Source: Octopus vulgaris
Lineage: Eukaryota
Length of the DNA stretch: 64,000 nt
Assembly: GCA_951406725.2 (NCBI GenBank)
Contig: OX597824.1
Coordinates: 97,960,001-98,024,000 of the forward strand
Direction: 5' to 3'
The notes below the pieces were generated by a model. That model was not told the DNA's origin, ran no database searches, and saw only the letters and a program-made list of their open reading frames with translations. Below are positions 1-14,121 of the stretch, in pieces. The translations under genes and the position numbers were made by a program. How positions within the stretch are numbered: the stretch's first letter is position 1; each line of letters begins with the position of its first letter.

Positions 1-44
1 TAAACTTTTTAGAAAGGTTTACATCTGCATGTATGTGTGTGTGT

Positions 45-93
<49 letters not shown>

Positions 94-269
94 GGTATGG
101 TGATGCAAATAGTCTTCAAAATAAGAGTATATGTATATCTTTGTTAATATTTGGCAGAAGTCACAGAGTGACTCAAGCCTCGAGAGTTTCGTGCGTTAGC
201 ACGTATCAGACTAGTTTAATATATATATGTGTGTGTATGTATGTATATATATATATATATATATAACTA

Positions 270-433
270 TCCATGTTGGATCTCCACCTTTAGAAGAGCA
301 AATCGACCCCAGGACTTATTCTTTGTAAGCCTAGTATATATTCTATTTTGCCGAACCGCTAAGTTACGGGAACGTAAACATACCATCATCGCTTGTCAAG
401 CAATGCTGGACGGGGAGAAACACAGACGCACAA

Positions 434-438
<5 letters not shown>
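270..438 (-). mobile_element. SINE family B (CORE-like), 3' part
   Basis: Matches the 3' half of the full copies at 21033-21434 and 51162-51568 (gcaaatcgaccccaggacttattctttgtaagcctagta...gccgaaccgctaagttacggg). Confidence 0.85.
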
Positions 439-523
<85 letters not shown>

Positions 524-720
524 CTGGAATTACGAGATTCAGTGATTGGTGCAGGTCCTTCTGCTCCCAGATGTCTGGGGAAATGCCAGAGTTCTTCATG
601 TGTCTCTTCAGCACATCCCTGTATCGCAGACTCCGGCCACCACGGCTCCTCCTGCCCCGACTCAGTTCAGCAGAGAAAACTGCCTTTGGGAGACTGTACT
701 TTTGGGTTGGCATGGCAACT
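524..720 (-). mobile_element. RTE-clade LINE, C-terminal ORF fragment
   Basis: Translates LPKAVFSAELSRGRRSRGGRSLRYRDVLKRHMKNSGISPDIWEQ, matching the RTE post-RT motif LPKxxxYGELxxGxRxxGGxxxRYKDxLK...WE. Confidence 0.8.
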
Positions 721-1277
721 CGTCGAGAAGTGAGTACTTTTTGAAGAGTTCACTGCCGACCCATGATGTGTTATTCACTTCATATTTGAGCACTTGGTTG
801 ATATATTTACTTCCGTTATTTAATAGATACAGTCTGAATAATAGCATTGGAAATCCCAAAAGCTGTTTGCACTGAACTTAAGCTTCCTCTTATCTCATGC
901 ATTCTGAGATACACCCTTTCCTATATTAAATTTTCTGTGAAAGCTTCCAGTTGCTGCAAGGATGTTGCGAGGTGTAATATCTAAAGACCGTTTTTTTTTC
1001 TAAAACCACTTAAGCAGCTCAGAAAGTTTTATCAGAACTGATACTGCAGATGCAATGAAGGAAAGCACCAAGTGCAATTTTAAACTACACACACATAAAC
1101 ACACACACGCACGCACACAACCAAACAAACAAACACACACACATATTTGCATATATGTATGTGTGTTTTGGAGAGAGCATAAATTTCATTAATTCACACT
1201 AATCTAGTTTCCAGTCAGATGGGGGTGGGGCTGGCGATTTAATACGGTTGAGGGGGTTGAACGCCCCACCCCAGGCA

Positions 1278-1712
1278 GATAGGGAGTCTATTGATCTTGG
1301 CAGAAATGAATGGCAAAAAAAGATCTTGCCTAAAGTAAGGGATTTTGAAGTATGAAACGAGAACTATGGGAAGATAACATCTTACTAAACATGTGGCAAG
1401 AATTTCCAGAAAAAAAAAAATCTTACCACATGAGTTTTCGCATCTGAAAACTCATCCTACATGGTTTTTGTGTCATTCGTGTCATTTGCACATCATTCCA
1501 GGAGATACGGTCTCATGCCATCTTCGTTATAAGATTTACCAGTCCTGTACTGCTCTGAAAAGGCATTTAAACATCCACAAATCAGACCAGACAAACAACA
1601 TGGCGTCACTTCATGTGAGACATATATTTGCACTGCTTGTAATGCAAATTTCAAACAGTTCTTGGTACCCAAAGGCCACTTACGTGCTCACACACGGGAA
1701 AAGCATATCTAA
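1278..1712 (+). mobile_element. Decayed RTE-like LINE 3' end with two degenerate C2H2 zinc fingers
   Basis: DRESIDLGRNEWQKKILPKVRDFE resembles the RTE WExxAxDRxxWR...FE motif. It is followed by SCHLRYKIYQSCTALKRHLNIH and, in another frame, YICTACNANFKQFLVPKGHLRAHTREK*. Stops and frameshifts are present. Confidence 0.65.
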
Positions 1713-2039
1713 TGAGAAATGGTCTAGCTTTGAAAAGGAACAGATTAATTCTCTTTATGTAATGCACAAATATGTATGTTTGTATGTATTGTAAATATGT
1801 GTATATTTGGATGTACGTATATATGTGTATATATGTGCATGTACGTATATATGGATGTGGGTGTAAGATTTATGTCAGAAAGTTCTGGTTCTTAATGATA
1901 GCTTAAAGAAACTGGAAAAATTATTTTCACATCGTGGTATGCGTGTTTGCATTTATATGTGTGTATGTGTACATGTATAAGTATGTGTGTATACATGTAT
2001 ACACACAGACACACACACACACACACATATGCATACATA

Positions 2040-2915
2040 CAGGGTGCGATAGATCAATTGTCACCATTCTATATTTTTAATTTGGTGCATGCGCATTCTT
2101 TGCTTTTGATTTTGTTAACTGCACAGTGTAGTAGGGTCAGTTGGTCACCGTCTGTGAGAAAAAGAGCACCATGAAACAATTCACTCAGCCAGAAATTTGG
2201 AAACGACGTGCTGTATTGCTTGGCATTCACGCCGGAAGCTCCAATACAAACATTTCAGAGTGTTTGGGTATGAATCTGAGGAGAGTGCAAAGGATTCAGA
2301 AAGAGTTGGATGAGACTAATGGGGATAACGAAAGTGATGATGAGCGGTCACTATAGTGATGATGACGTTATGCCTCCATTCATCTCCCCACACGGCCTCA
2401 CACTCAACACAGAGGCCTACATCAACTGCCTGGAGGAGGTAGTGCTGCCCTGAGTCGAGAGGGTAGCTGCTGGAAGACCCTATGTCTGGCAACAGGACTC
2501 TGCACTATGTCACAGGAGAACCCAGTCATGGCTGTCTGACAATTTCTGTGGCCACATCACCCCTAACATCTGGCTACCAAACTCCCCAAGCTGCAACCCC
2601 CTTAGTTACTACGTGTGGGGCGCAGTTGAATGAGAGACCAACAAAACTCCTTGTAACACCAAAGATGAACTGAAGGCAGGAATTATAGCAGCATTTACCA
2701 ACTTAAACAAGGAGACCACCCAGAAGAGTTGTAGGAAATTCTAAAGCCGTCTGGAGGCCGTGGTTGAAGCCAACGGCGATTTTATTGAATAAATTTACTC
2801 TTTAGGATTTCAAGATATTTTAATGTAACTTTGGTAAACATATCTGTTAAAATGAGACGTCAGTGTTATTTTCCTTTTTGCGTAATCTAGACGACAATTT
2901 ATTCACCACACCGTG
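2040..2915 (+). mobile_element. Tc1/mariner superfamily (DD37D/maT-like) transposon, internally deleted pseudo-transposase
   Basis: HTH-like N-terminus from ATG 2171 (MKQFTQPEIWKRRAVLLG...). Catalytic region VMPPFISPHGLTLNTEAY...YVWQQDSALCH...IWLPNSPSCNPLSYYVWG...RLEAVVEANGDFIE* ends at 2792 and has in-frame stops. Imperfect ~26-bp TIRs: CAGGGTGCGATAGATCAATTGTC at left, right end rc CACGGTGTGGTGAATAAATTGTC. TA flanks the left end. Confidence 0.9.
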
Positions 2916-2919
2916 TGTG

Positions 2920-2968
<49 letters not shown>

Positions 2969-4176
2969 TCTAGTTATATATGTATATGTGTATATATGTA
3001 GTGTGTGTATGTGTGTGTGTGTATATATATATATATGTAGTGTGTGTGTGTGTGTGTGTTGTTCAAGATTGTCATAATAAATCGTACCTCTTCGGCTGTA
3101 AAAGAGGAAATCACACAAAAGAACGCCATAAAAGGCTCGGCTGCAAAATTACATAAAAAAAGATCAGAAGAACATAACGATGACCACCAACTATGTTGAC
3201 CATCTGGCAAAGGAAAGTGACAGATGGGAAAGCAACTACGAAGCGATGATGGCCATCGATATATCTAATGATCTGCATTAAATGGGGGTCTTTGTGTCAA
3301 TTCATGATTTATCTATTAAATTGCGATCTAGATATCAAATCACACCAAAACATATTTAAAAATAAAAAAGGGCACATTTACTTAATGTAGTCATAGTTAT
3401 ATTTATGGCTGAAAACATATATTTAGATATATTTAGATATTTAGATATATTTATGGCTGAAATATATATATTTATGGCTGAAAATTATGTGAGATGCCAT
3501 GGCAAGCATGCCTTCTCGGTCTTTGCTTTTTTCTTCTTTAGTTCTTCCTTGTTTTAACTATTTCTATCAAATCCTTGCCATTGATTAAACTTGCAGCCGA
3601 TACTATCGCCATAACGACCGACTCTTTGAAATACTGGGAATGTTTGTCGAATTGATTGTAAGCAGACGACAGTTTTATTTGTCGTGACTTCTTCCGTTTC
3701 CGGTTATACAACAAATAGAAGTGAAGAAGAGAGGAAAGAAAGAAGTCTTCGTTAGTTTAGATTTCCAAAATGTTTACTGAGCAATGACGTCATCAGCCTA
3801 ACAGACGATTTCCGGTGTTACCGTCAAATACTTCCATCTTGTCATTCTGCCTTCCTTTCATGTCACTTTTCTTTTCCATTCTCTCTATCGTTATCTCTCT
3901 TTTCTCATTTTCTATTTATCTATGTCTATATAAATGTGTATGCGTGTGTGCGCGCGTGTGTGTGGTGTGTCTGTCTGTCTGTCTTTCTGTGTTTCATCTT
4001 GGTGTCACCCTTGACACACGTGCCTCGCAGTCTGGCAAACAAACGTGACACCCAGTTAAATCTGTGCCATTAAAATCGATACCGCCGCCATTGGACCGGA
4101 AATATGCAAATATTTCAATGAAGTGTACACACGGATTAATTCTTTAAATAAACAAATAATAAATGGTCTTTGTGAT

Positions 4177-4222
<46 letters not shown>

Positions 4223-4759
4223 TTCTTTCCATTTCTTTTGATATTGCTAACTATCTCTCTATAATTTCTTCCCCTCTCAATTTTTTTTCATTCTTTTTCT
4301 TCTTATATATTTATATTTATCTGTCGAACACTCCTTATCATTTATCCCCCCCTCCATTTTAAACTCTTTCTTTCTCTCTCCCTCTCTCTCCTCATCCTCT
4401 CCTCACTGTCCGTTCCGTTTGCACTCTTTTGTCCTGCCAATCCTAAGATAAATATGGAGATCCTAAAACACACCAATAACGGTTTATTTTATCCAGAATC
4501 TCTTCAATGAAGTCCAAGAGACTCAATAAATTTTTTGCTGATTTAGGATTTATAAGGCATTGATAAGGCTTCGGGTTTGTCCTTTCTAGGATTGCCATTC
4601 CTTCGCTTCTTGCAATTATTCAATATTGAGTTCTACTCCTAGTTTAGTATATAGTTCTTCTTTCTCTCTCACCTACCCCTCTCCCCCTCTCCCTCTCTCT
4701 CTCTCTTTCTTTCTTGCTTTCGATTAGATTAAGAGTGTTGATCAATGTTGCTCTTATTG

Positions 4760-4965
4760 TTGTAATTATTTAGCCCCAGGTCAAGCCCTATCCACAAAGC
4801 CTACAGTCAAATATGTTCCAATAATGGTTGTTTAATCTTTTTGAATATCTCCGACTACGATGCCCAATGTGTCCTTCGTTTTTAAAGATGCCAGTGAGTA
4901 ATTTGAGGGAGGTTTGGTTGCTCTTTTCAGCCGTCAAATGACCACATAGAAGCTCTTTCGTTGGC
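4760..4965 (-). repeat. Old dispersed repeat (family C, probably a SINE 3' part)
   Basis: Shares the motif ctagaaatagcagccaaatctccctcaaatcac...gacacattgg...ctggggctaaa with degenerate copies near 5060-5200, 13310-13400, 36865-37055, 56180-56360, 61300-61440 and 63240-63310. Confidence 0.5.
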
Positions 4966-6367
4966 TTATTTTTAGTCAGTCTGTCGTTACTGTTGTTGTT
5001 GCTGTTGCTGCTGTTATTTTTTTGTTGATATTTTTGTTGATGGTGATGTCGTTGTTTTTCTTGCTGTTAGTTCCCAGTTTGTTTCTGAACTGACATTTTT
5101 ATAATGATCAAAGATGTTCCAGCCGTGACCATCTCATCTTAGATTCATACATATACATATTACATTATTCTCTACGTTCTTTTTGTCTTTTTAAGATGCT
5201 GGGTAACATTTCATTTCCCTAGATGTCAGTTCAGCACGTACCGTTTCGCCCTACGGCCATCCCACCTATATTACAGGTATCCTCGAGGCGGTGCCCAGCC
5301 CCAGCATGGCCGCAGTACACTGACTAAACCAAGCAACAGAGTTCTTATATCTCGGACCCTATTATTTGTTGTTCCCTTCTTGTTTTGAAAGGGTTAAAAG
5401 TGATTTTAGAATATTTAACCGTCGTTCGGTCGTGTCTTTAAATCTTTATTACATTTCAATAAGCAAGCAACCTCCTGCGAAATTCGAAGTCACTATCAAC
5501 AAATTTATAATAAATATTGGTTTTTTATGTCTGTCTTGAGTCCTTTATTCAGTCAATATTCGTTGTTTCTGTATATTTGGAAACAATTTTAACTTGTGTA
5601 TGTGTGTGTGTGTGATTCAGTGTGTGTCTGTTTGTGTGTGTATGTGTGTGTGGAAACTAGACAGGCATGAACTTCACAACGCACATTTTAATGGGTCTAA
5701 ATCAATAGATTTTACGTGGCAAGTTTTGCATTCTGCTTTTGTGTGTGTGTGTGTGTGTGTCGCGTATGCGTATGTCTCGAACACATGCGTCAGTGTGTGT
5801 ATGCCATATTTTCTCTTCTTTTCCATTCTTTCAGTCTGTATGTCTGTGCGAAATAAAACAATAAAAAAATAAGAGCGTGTGAAACATTGGAGATTTGTGA
5901 AGAATTGGCGGCGATTGTTGTTGGAATCGGTAAACGAAGACGAATCAGAGAGGGTCATTGAACTTAATCTGTCCAGGCCATAAGTGCTGTTGTTGTTGTT
6001 GTTGTTGTTCATTCTAAATTTATATATTGTTGTTGTTTTCAAGACAGAAGACATACATAGCGTCGCCATTGACAACCATATCTGCTGCTGTCTAACGGAT
6101 GCTGTTAATGGGGAGGATAAGTGATGTTGTCTTGTGATTCTTTCTTTGCTACGATTATGGGGCTTTTAGTGATGGTTTAGAGCTAAATGGATCGTTTGAT
6201 AAAGTAAATGGGCGATGGGGGGGGGGCGCCTGTCAAATGGGAACAATCGAATTTTCCAGAAGGTTCTAGAAACATTTGCTGTTGTTATTTATATTTTAAT
6301 GTTCAACTTAACTCTTTGTTTATTCAGCCTATGAACTGTGCGTGTATATATATATATATATGTATAT

Positions 6368-6557
<190 letters not shown>

Positions 6558-6620
6558 ACATATATATATATATGTAACATATATATATATATATGTAACA
6601 TATATATATATATACATTGT

Positions 6621-6674
<54 letters not shown>

Positions 6675-6851
6675 TACATGTATATATATATATATATGTA
6701 TATATACACATATATACATATATATATATACATACATATATATATGTGTGTGTGTGTGTTATGTATGTAGAAACAGATATATATATATATACATACACAA
6801 CATACACGCACATACGCTCACATTCTCTCCTCCTTCCCCTCCTCCTCCTTT

Positions 6852-7670
6852 TTGCCCTAAAAGCAGCCGATTTTCATACACTGGATCGCCGCAATGCACA
6901 GACTTAGAGAGGCACTTATCCACCGTTCAAAGTGAACCGCCACTTCCGTTCGGTCCGTTAGCGATCTCCCCGCTCGTTTCTTCTGTATGTGCTGGCTCTC
7001 CAGCTACTGCTCGACACCTGCACAGGTAAGTTTATGCCGTTGGATTGCATCGAAAGTCGCTGAGCAGATGAACTGGTCAAACAGCTCGGCATCTTTTTCG
7101 GCCCTGATCCCTGTTGGTCAGAAGCCTGAACGAGGTTACGAACATCGTGGCAATCTTCACTCAGAAATGGCCAGAGAGGAAACTATTTGGGCAATGTCGA
7201 GCAGAACCGCTAAATGCTTACATCGCCTTCTGCATAACTTACCTCCTGAGCGTTGAGCTATTCTCCAGTCCCCATTTCATGTGGAATGGAGGAGCTCTAG
7301 TGATCAAGCGGTGCATCTTTTGCTAGCATTTTCTGGAAGATGGATTCGGTATGCCGAGGCTGAGAACACCCTGAGGCTAGACTATCTGCTGACTTTTTTT
7401 TTTTCTTTGGGCCGGAAAGCGGTTACTGTTTGTGAGACACTTTTTCGCGTAGCTCATTTCTTTAATGGAACGCAGTCATAATTCAGGAAAAAACCAAGAC
7501 TGGGCACCTGGCACATGGAATATCGCCAGACACTCACTATCTTCTACAAGTCGGGCAATGCGTTTGGTGGGAATTCCACATCAGCTATATTGAAAGAACT
7601 AATGTCGGGTACGAATGATGACGTCATCGAAGAAACTCTGATCATCAACGAGGACGAACAAGCTTGGATG
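6852..7670 (+). mobile_element. Tx1/L1-clade LINE, decayed reverse-transcriptase region
   Basis: [18 protein letters not shown] resembles RT motif RSVRQGCPLSPLLYVLALEPLL. Downstream: EVTNIVAIFTQKWPERKL..RAE..NAYIA, HFMWNG...GFGMP and KPRLGTWHMEYRQ. Many deletions and frameshifts. Confidence 0.8.
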
Positions 7671-7809
7671 AAAAGAATAAAGCGAAAGTTGCAGCTATTA
7701 TTTGAAATAGCTGAAAGTGTGTTTTTTTCCACTGTAAACACATGTAAACACGCTCTTTATAGGCGATGACAAATGTGAGTTTGGAAAAAAAGGATGAATA
7801 GTTGTTCGT

Positions 7810-7975
7810 CCGGACAAAGAGACAAAGAGAGCAAAAAGATTCCCCTTTGACAAAATTTTCCCATTCAAAGAAAATTGTTTATTACAGTCTTTGAGATGCC
7901 AAATTAGTTTACTAAGACCTGTAGTATTACGTTTATTAATATAACTAAATTTAAAAAATTGGTTAGCCATGCGTT
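7810..7975 (-). mobile_element. Penelope-like element, GIY-YIG endonuclease C-terminal fragment
   Basis: RMANQFFKFSYINKRNTTGLSKLIWHLKDCNKQFSLNGKILSK resembles the PLE motif RxxNHxxxF...TxLSKxIWxLK...WKI. Confidence 0.7.
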
Positions 7976-8065
7976 TTTTTCTTTTATTTCGATGGAGGAA
8001 AGTCCAACATAAAAATATTCTTTAGTTCTTGAAAGTTAAACATATATATATAGATATATATATAC

Positions 8066-8112
<47 letters not shown>

Positions 8113-8129
8113 CATATATATATATACAT

Positions 8130-8186
<57 letters not shown>

Positions 8187-8389
8187 CAGAGAGAGAGAGT
8201 GCGGGCACATAAGTATATTTACACATGTAAAAGTACAAATAGACATAACATGATCAATAGCTTCGTTGGTTTTAGGTGTCCAGCGGGCCGGTCACTAGTT
8301 TACTTATTTTTGTTGGTGAGAGTCACATGAGGTAATTGAGCTTTCGCCCGGCCCTTGAAAACCCACATCTTGTTGAATAAAATGGCTCC

Positions 8390-8740
8390 CACAACAGTCT
8401 CTCCATATTCGTGATAATCAAATGCAGATGGAAAGCTGTTGTCCATTGTTACGGACTTGGCCCTCGTACGGGGTATGAATGTGTTGGCGCTTGTAAAACG
8501 GTTTATTCCATGTCAGAAGAGTAGCATTGCTCGGAAATCTACCTTTAGTAAGGCTCTATTGCAACATGTCATGTGTGTTATAAGATATTAATAGTGAGAT
8601 TTTTGGCAACACCATCTTCTTTAACCGGTCAACGTCTATGAAGAGCTGTGATAAAATTAGCTCTACTTCGATGCTTATCCTTCGTTTTAATTGCAGTATG
8701 TTGTTCGACCCGGTTCTGTAGGATGTTCATCTGCTCAAGA
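8390..8740 (-). mobile_element. Possible very old Jockey/CR1-group LINE 3' fragment
   Basis: Weak motifs only: ILQNRV...LF(H)RR and NTFIPRT...NSFPSA, compared with SFFPRTxxxWNxLP. Confidence 0.3.
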
Positions 8741-9074
8741 CATGTGTAACCTACAATGCTTCGAAAATAACAAAGCAGCAACAGAAACTTCAAACTTAAT
8801 GTTTATCGATTTCAAGTCTTAAATAATGGAGAAGGTGACAGACTATTCGCTAAGGATTAAGAACGTGAGATATTTTATGAATGGAATATAGGACAGAATA
8901 ATGCATAAACACACAAACTAATGTACAGTCGCGCATCTTTCGTGATATTAAATAATCGATTTGTAAAATGCAAACGACTTAAATTTTGTTTGAATGTAGC
9001 TCGGAATCTTTTGAATGGCAGTTGAGAAATGGGGCCTTAGATGAAAGGATGTCACGCTTCCATTGTACAATGAC

Positions 9075-9168
9075 TATAAGAAACATTTTGAAAGTATTCT
9101 CCATTTAAGATGGTGTGGTGTATTATTATGTTTTAACAAGCTAATATAAGAAGCCATATAGGAAGCGT
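9075..9168 (-). mobile_element. Penelope-like endonuclease C-terminal fragment
   Basis: ASYMASYISLLKHNNTPHHLKWRILSKC matches the same motif as 7810-7975. Confidence 0.55.
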
Positions 9169-9179
9169 TATTATTATTA

Positions 9180-9228
<49 letters not shown>

Positions 9229-9570
9229 GTAAGCATATGGATATGAAAATAAACAGATCAACATACCGACGGATAGGTACATAGGTTATATGAACAGACA
9301 AGCACACATACGCAAATGGAAGAGTGAAACACATGACCATATATACACACACACACACTTTACTTCACACAAGGACACAGAGGTGCATACATATACAAAC
9401 ACACGCTCTCACACACACATACATAAAAAGTACACAAACACGGACATACAAGCACATGAATATGCAGGATACATACATACAGATGCACACACATACATAT
9501 ATACATATGCATACACACACATATATACATACATACACATGCATACATACATACGTACATGCATGCATAG

Positions 9571-9616
<46 letters not shown>

Positions 9617-10537
9617 ACCCACACGCATGCGCACAAACGAACAAAAAGGAGCGCAGTGTAAATAACGGACAGAGTCAAGACTATTGAAAAAGTTGCAAGA
9701 CGCAACGAAAATTTTAGGAAAATAAAAAAATAAGAAATAAGTAGAAATGTCACCGTTGTGTGTGTTCCATTATAAGGCACAAAAAGAAAATGACTCTCCC
9801 CAGACACAACAGAATATAGGAAGCGTTATTTAAATAGGTCTGAGGTCCCACCGACGTTAAGTTTTTAGAGTGTCGTTGGTAGTTTCTAAACATTGATATA
9901 CAAAACCCCTACTTGGCTCGTACAGATAGATTTTAGAGGGTAGCTGTTGATGTTTACTAACTTTATATCTGTTATAGCAGGCTACGACCAAATTTGGAGC
10001 AGTGGATACGAAAATTTGAAGGTGTTATTATCGAATATCTGGTGATATTGACGATGAGGAAACGTTTCTTAATGATTTCAATGTCGTGGTTTCAATACTA
10101 AACCGAGCTGAGTTTCTTGTTTTGCTTTTCGCTTTTATGGAAGATTCGGAGATATGAATCACTGTGCTCGTGCGCGAATGTGAAACCGCGTGGCTTGCGT
10201 ATTTGTTCGTGTATTTGAGGTTGCTTTTAATACGAAGGAATATATATCTTTCAATTGAATGTTTAGTCAATGAGATGATGGTGACGATGATGACGACGAT
10301 GACGATGATGATGATGATGGCGGCGGCGACGGTGGTGGTGGTGGTGGTGGTTGTGGGGCAATTATCATCATCATCATCACCGTGGTAATACAAGTGGCGG
10401 TCGTAGTTGTGATTAAACAGATCTAAGGAAAAACGTGAAATCAATTATTAACTTTGATCTTTGGCGATATTGTAATGAATATGTCACCTCCCTTCACTCT
10501 CCTCTCTCTCTCCCCAACCTCTCTCTCTCTCTCTCCA

Positions 10538-10574
<37 letters not shown>

Positions 10575-10842
10575 TGTGCTCCTACCTTTCCTTTGTTTCC
10601 TCTATCTCACTTTCACTTTCACTTTCAAATCGCCTCCTCCTCCTCCTCCTCCTCCTCTCAGTCTTTGTCTTCGTCCACGTTCGCGTCTTTATCTTTCTAA
10701 GTCTTCTGCCCTGTCTCGCTTTCATCTTGTCGCCGTCCAACAATGACGTAAGTCTGATAGCAGACGACAACAACACCAACGACCACATTCGTTGTTGTTC
10801 TTGTCTTCATTATAGATATTATTATCATCATCATCATCATCA

Positions 10843-10877
<35 letters not shown>

Positions 10878-10912
10878 GCTGTTCTTGTTGTTGTTGTTGT
10901 TGTTGTTGTTCT

Positions 10913-11169
10913 GTGAGCTGGTAGAATCGTTAGCATGCCGGGTAAAATGCTTAATAGTATTCCGTCTGTCTTTACGTTCTGAGTTCGAATTCCACCGAGG
11001 TCGACTTTGCCTTTCATCCTTTCGGGGTCGATAAAATAAATACCAGTTGAACGTTGGGGTCTATATATATATATATATATATATATTGACTTACTCAATC
11101 CGCCCACACCCCATCCTACCACCACCACCACCACCACCAAATTTCAGGCCTTTCGCCTTTAGTAGAAAG

Positions 11170-11175
<6 letters not shown>
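10913..11175 (+). mobile_element. SINE family A (tRNA head + Meta/MESC-like domain), tail type 2
   Basis: A-box-like gagctggtagaatcgttag, B-box gagttcgaattcc, central gcctttcatcctttcggggtcgataaaata, tail aaatttcaggcctt...gtagaaag followed by (ATT)n. Confidence 0.9.
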
Positions 11176-11212
<37 letters not shown>

Positions 11213-11855
11213 TGACATAAAACAATGCCTGATTCAAATGTCGACAACAACAATAACAAATTAACTTCAACAGAAAGAAAAACAAACTTTTAAAATCGTC
11301 ATCATCATCATCATCATCATCATCATGGGGACGAGAAAACTAAGGAAACATGTGGAAACAGGGCGGGGGGGAAGAGGCAACTCTCGAAAGAAGGATTAGG
11401 GGAGTGAGGGGAGAGTGGGTAAAGCATGGTGCTCCAGCATGGTCTGATACGTGAAGTCTTGAACAAAGGAGATAGCTAAGAGTTAGAGATGAAGCCAGGG
11501 AGGCAGACAAAGATGCCGGAAGACAAGGAGTTAAAGGGAGAGGGGGAGAGAGTGAGAGAGAGAGAGAGAGAAAGGAAGAGAGAGAGAATGTAGGGAGAAA
11601 GAGCCAATCATGCGCGCGTGTGTGTGTGCACATGCGCACACGAATACACACGCATACATGTATAAACATACACAGGTATAAAATATATGTATATGCATAG
11701 ACATATGTATATATATGTGTGGGTGTGTGTGTGTGTGTGGGTGTGTGGTGGGGGTGGTGTGAGTGTGTGTGTTTGTGTGTGTGTGTGTGTGTGTGTATGC
11801 TTATATGTATATATACATATACCTGTATATCTATATATATACAAGTACACACATA

Positions 11856-12062
11856 TATTCTCTTCTACTCTAGGCACAAGGCCCGAAATTTTGGAAGAGC
11901 GGGCCAGGCGATTAGATCGACCCCAGTACGCAACTGGTACTTAATTTATGAGAGGCAAAGTCGACCTCGGCGGAATTTGAACTCAGAACGTAAAGACATG
12001 AAATACCGCTAAGCATTTCGCCCGGTATGCTAACGTTTCTGCCAGCTATTCACCGCCGCCTT
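11856..12062 (-). mobile_element. SINE family A, tail type 2
   Basis: Reverse complement of the family A head, core and gggccttgtgcctagagtagaa tail. Confidence 0.9.
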
Positions 12063-12140
12063 ATGAATCAGCTTTATTAAATATAGGCATGTATATACAC
12101 ATATGTGTATACGTACATATATGTATACCTATATGTATGC

Positions 12141-12177
<37 letters not shown>

Positions 12178-13641
12178 CATACATACATACATACATACAT
12201 ACATACATACATACATGCGGACATGCATGCATACATAATACATACACACATTCGTACGTACATACATACATACATACACACACATACATACATACATACA
12301 TACATACATACATACATACATACATACATACATACATACACACACACACACGTTCATACATACATACATACACACACATACATACATACATTCATACGCG
12401 CATACATACATACATACATATGTACGTACGTACGTACTTACATGCATACGTACGTACGTACGTACGGCAACCAGGAACGATAAGTAGAGAGAGAGAAAGA
12501 GAGAAAGAGATTGAGTGGCGAAAGTGAGAAAGTGGTGATGGGCGTGGTGAGATCGAAAGTTTGTGATGTCTGGCTTTGTTCCGTGGTCGCCATTGACTGA
12601 CTCCTCACCGCCACCACCACCACCACCACCACCACCTCCACCACCCTGCCGTCTCGCCTTGCTCCAGCTCTACCCCCTCCCATCCCTCCCTCCTTTTTTC
12701 TGTATTACTGTTCTCAGTAACACGATTATGTCACAGAATTAGTGACTAACTGCACTTTACCTTGTCTGGCAATTATTACACCGGCTGCAACAATGCCTCA
12801 ACCATTGCAACCAAATGTGCCGCCGCCGCCGCCGCCGCCGCCTCTATACGTAAATACCATCTGCACCGACATCACCTCTTTATATAATCGACATCTGCAC
12901 CGCCAACATCGCCATCCCAGCCCCAGCTGCTCCACCGTTCCCACCATAATAACCACCACCATCACCACCCTCTCCATTGTATGCATGTGCGTGTGTGGCG
13001 GAGTATACACACATGTACGTTTGTGTGTATATAAGTATATATCGACATATGTGTGTGTGTGTGTGTGTGTCCACCGTCAGCCGTTACCCTCAGCAGCGCC
13101 ACTACGCCCGCCATCACCAATCCGCCCCTTGATCACACCCCGCCCTGTTAAGAATAGTGGACAGTTGGATAACGAAAGCCGTGGTTTGTGCCTTTAGGAA
13201 ACGGACAGGATGGTCCTGGATGGAACGTCTTCGGTCCGCTCCATCAATGTTGCCCTAGAGTTAAACAAAAACCACGACCACCACCATCAACGACGGCGTA
13301 TTTATGTGATCAGTGGAACTGCTAGAAACAACAGTCAAATTCCCTCCCACCCCTATCTCCACTATCAAATATAGAATGGTATGATGCATGGTGACTTTGT
13401 GATATATATGTGCATCTAATATCGCTGCAATGCCTGTCTCACTTCTAACAACACCATGTGATCAGCCTTCACCAATGGCAGCCCATTTTCTAGCAGCCAT
13501 CTTGCCTTTTTTGTATTTCTCTATTCGGTAATCTGAGCCTGGACGAGCCGGGTCTCTGCCAGAAACCTTAAATCACATGCAGACAAATCACACTTTATTA
13601 AATTGTGTGTGTGTGTGTGTATGTGTGTGTGTGAGAGAGAG

Positions 13642-13683
<42 letters not shown>

Positions 13684-14121
13684 TGTGTGTGTGCGTGCGT
13701 GCGTGCGACCAATAGACATATATATAATGCATATTTATTAATCAAAGACCTCTCAAGAGTTTCATGCGAATTCATTTATCAGAGTTTGAAAAGTACAAAG
13801 TACGAAACTAAAAGTCACTGAGCCACTGAATAATCTGCTTTATGTCTTCGGTGACGTCCATTGATGTAGACTTCGACAATATCAACAAAGACACCCTCAA
13901 CACATACCTTCCCTGATATAACTTTCGGGGAGAGTTTTGCGGGTTGTCTCCATAAATTCCCGACCAGCGCATTCATTGGAGTACAGATAGTTACAAGCAT
14001 CTCAAGAGGTTCGAATCTCTGAGGTGATGGGACCATTTTGTTAAAAAAGATACTCAATATTGAAAAAACTACAACGAAAGTTGTTTACTTTATAAGAATT
14101 CAGAAAGTTTGTGAGATGTGA

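Noticed and set aside
4460-4600. Penelope RT fragment (LINP...ILDKIN, minus strand)
   Set aside because: Two short motifs only; needs a profile search.
5674-6075. Asn/Ser-rich ORF resembling a low-complexity exon
   Set aside because: No recognisable domain or splice support; it runs into (CA)n.
13815-14057. Mariner C-terminal relic on the minus strand
   Set aside because: Similarity to the WPxxSPDLNP region is too degenerate.
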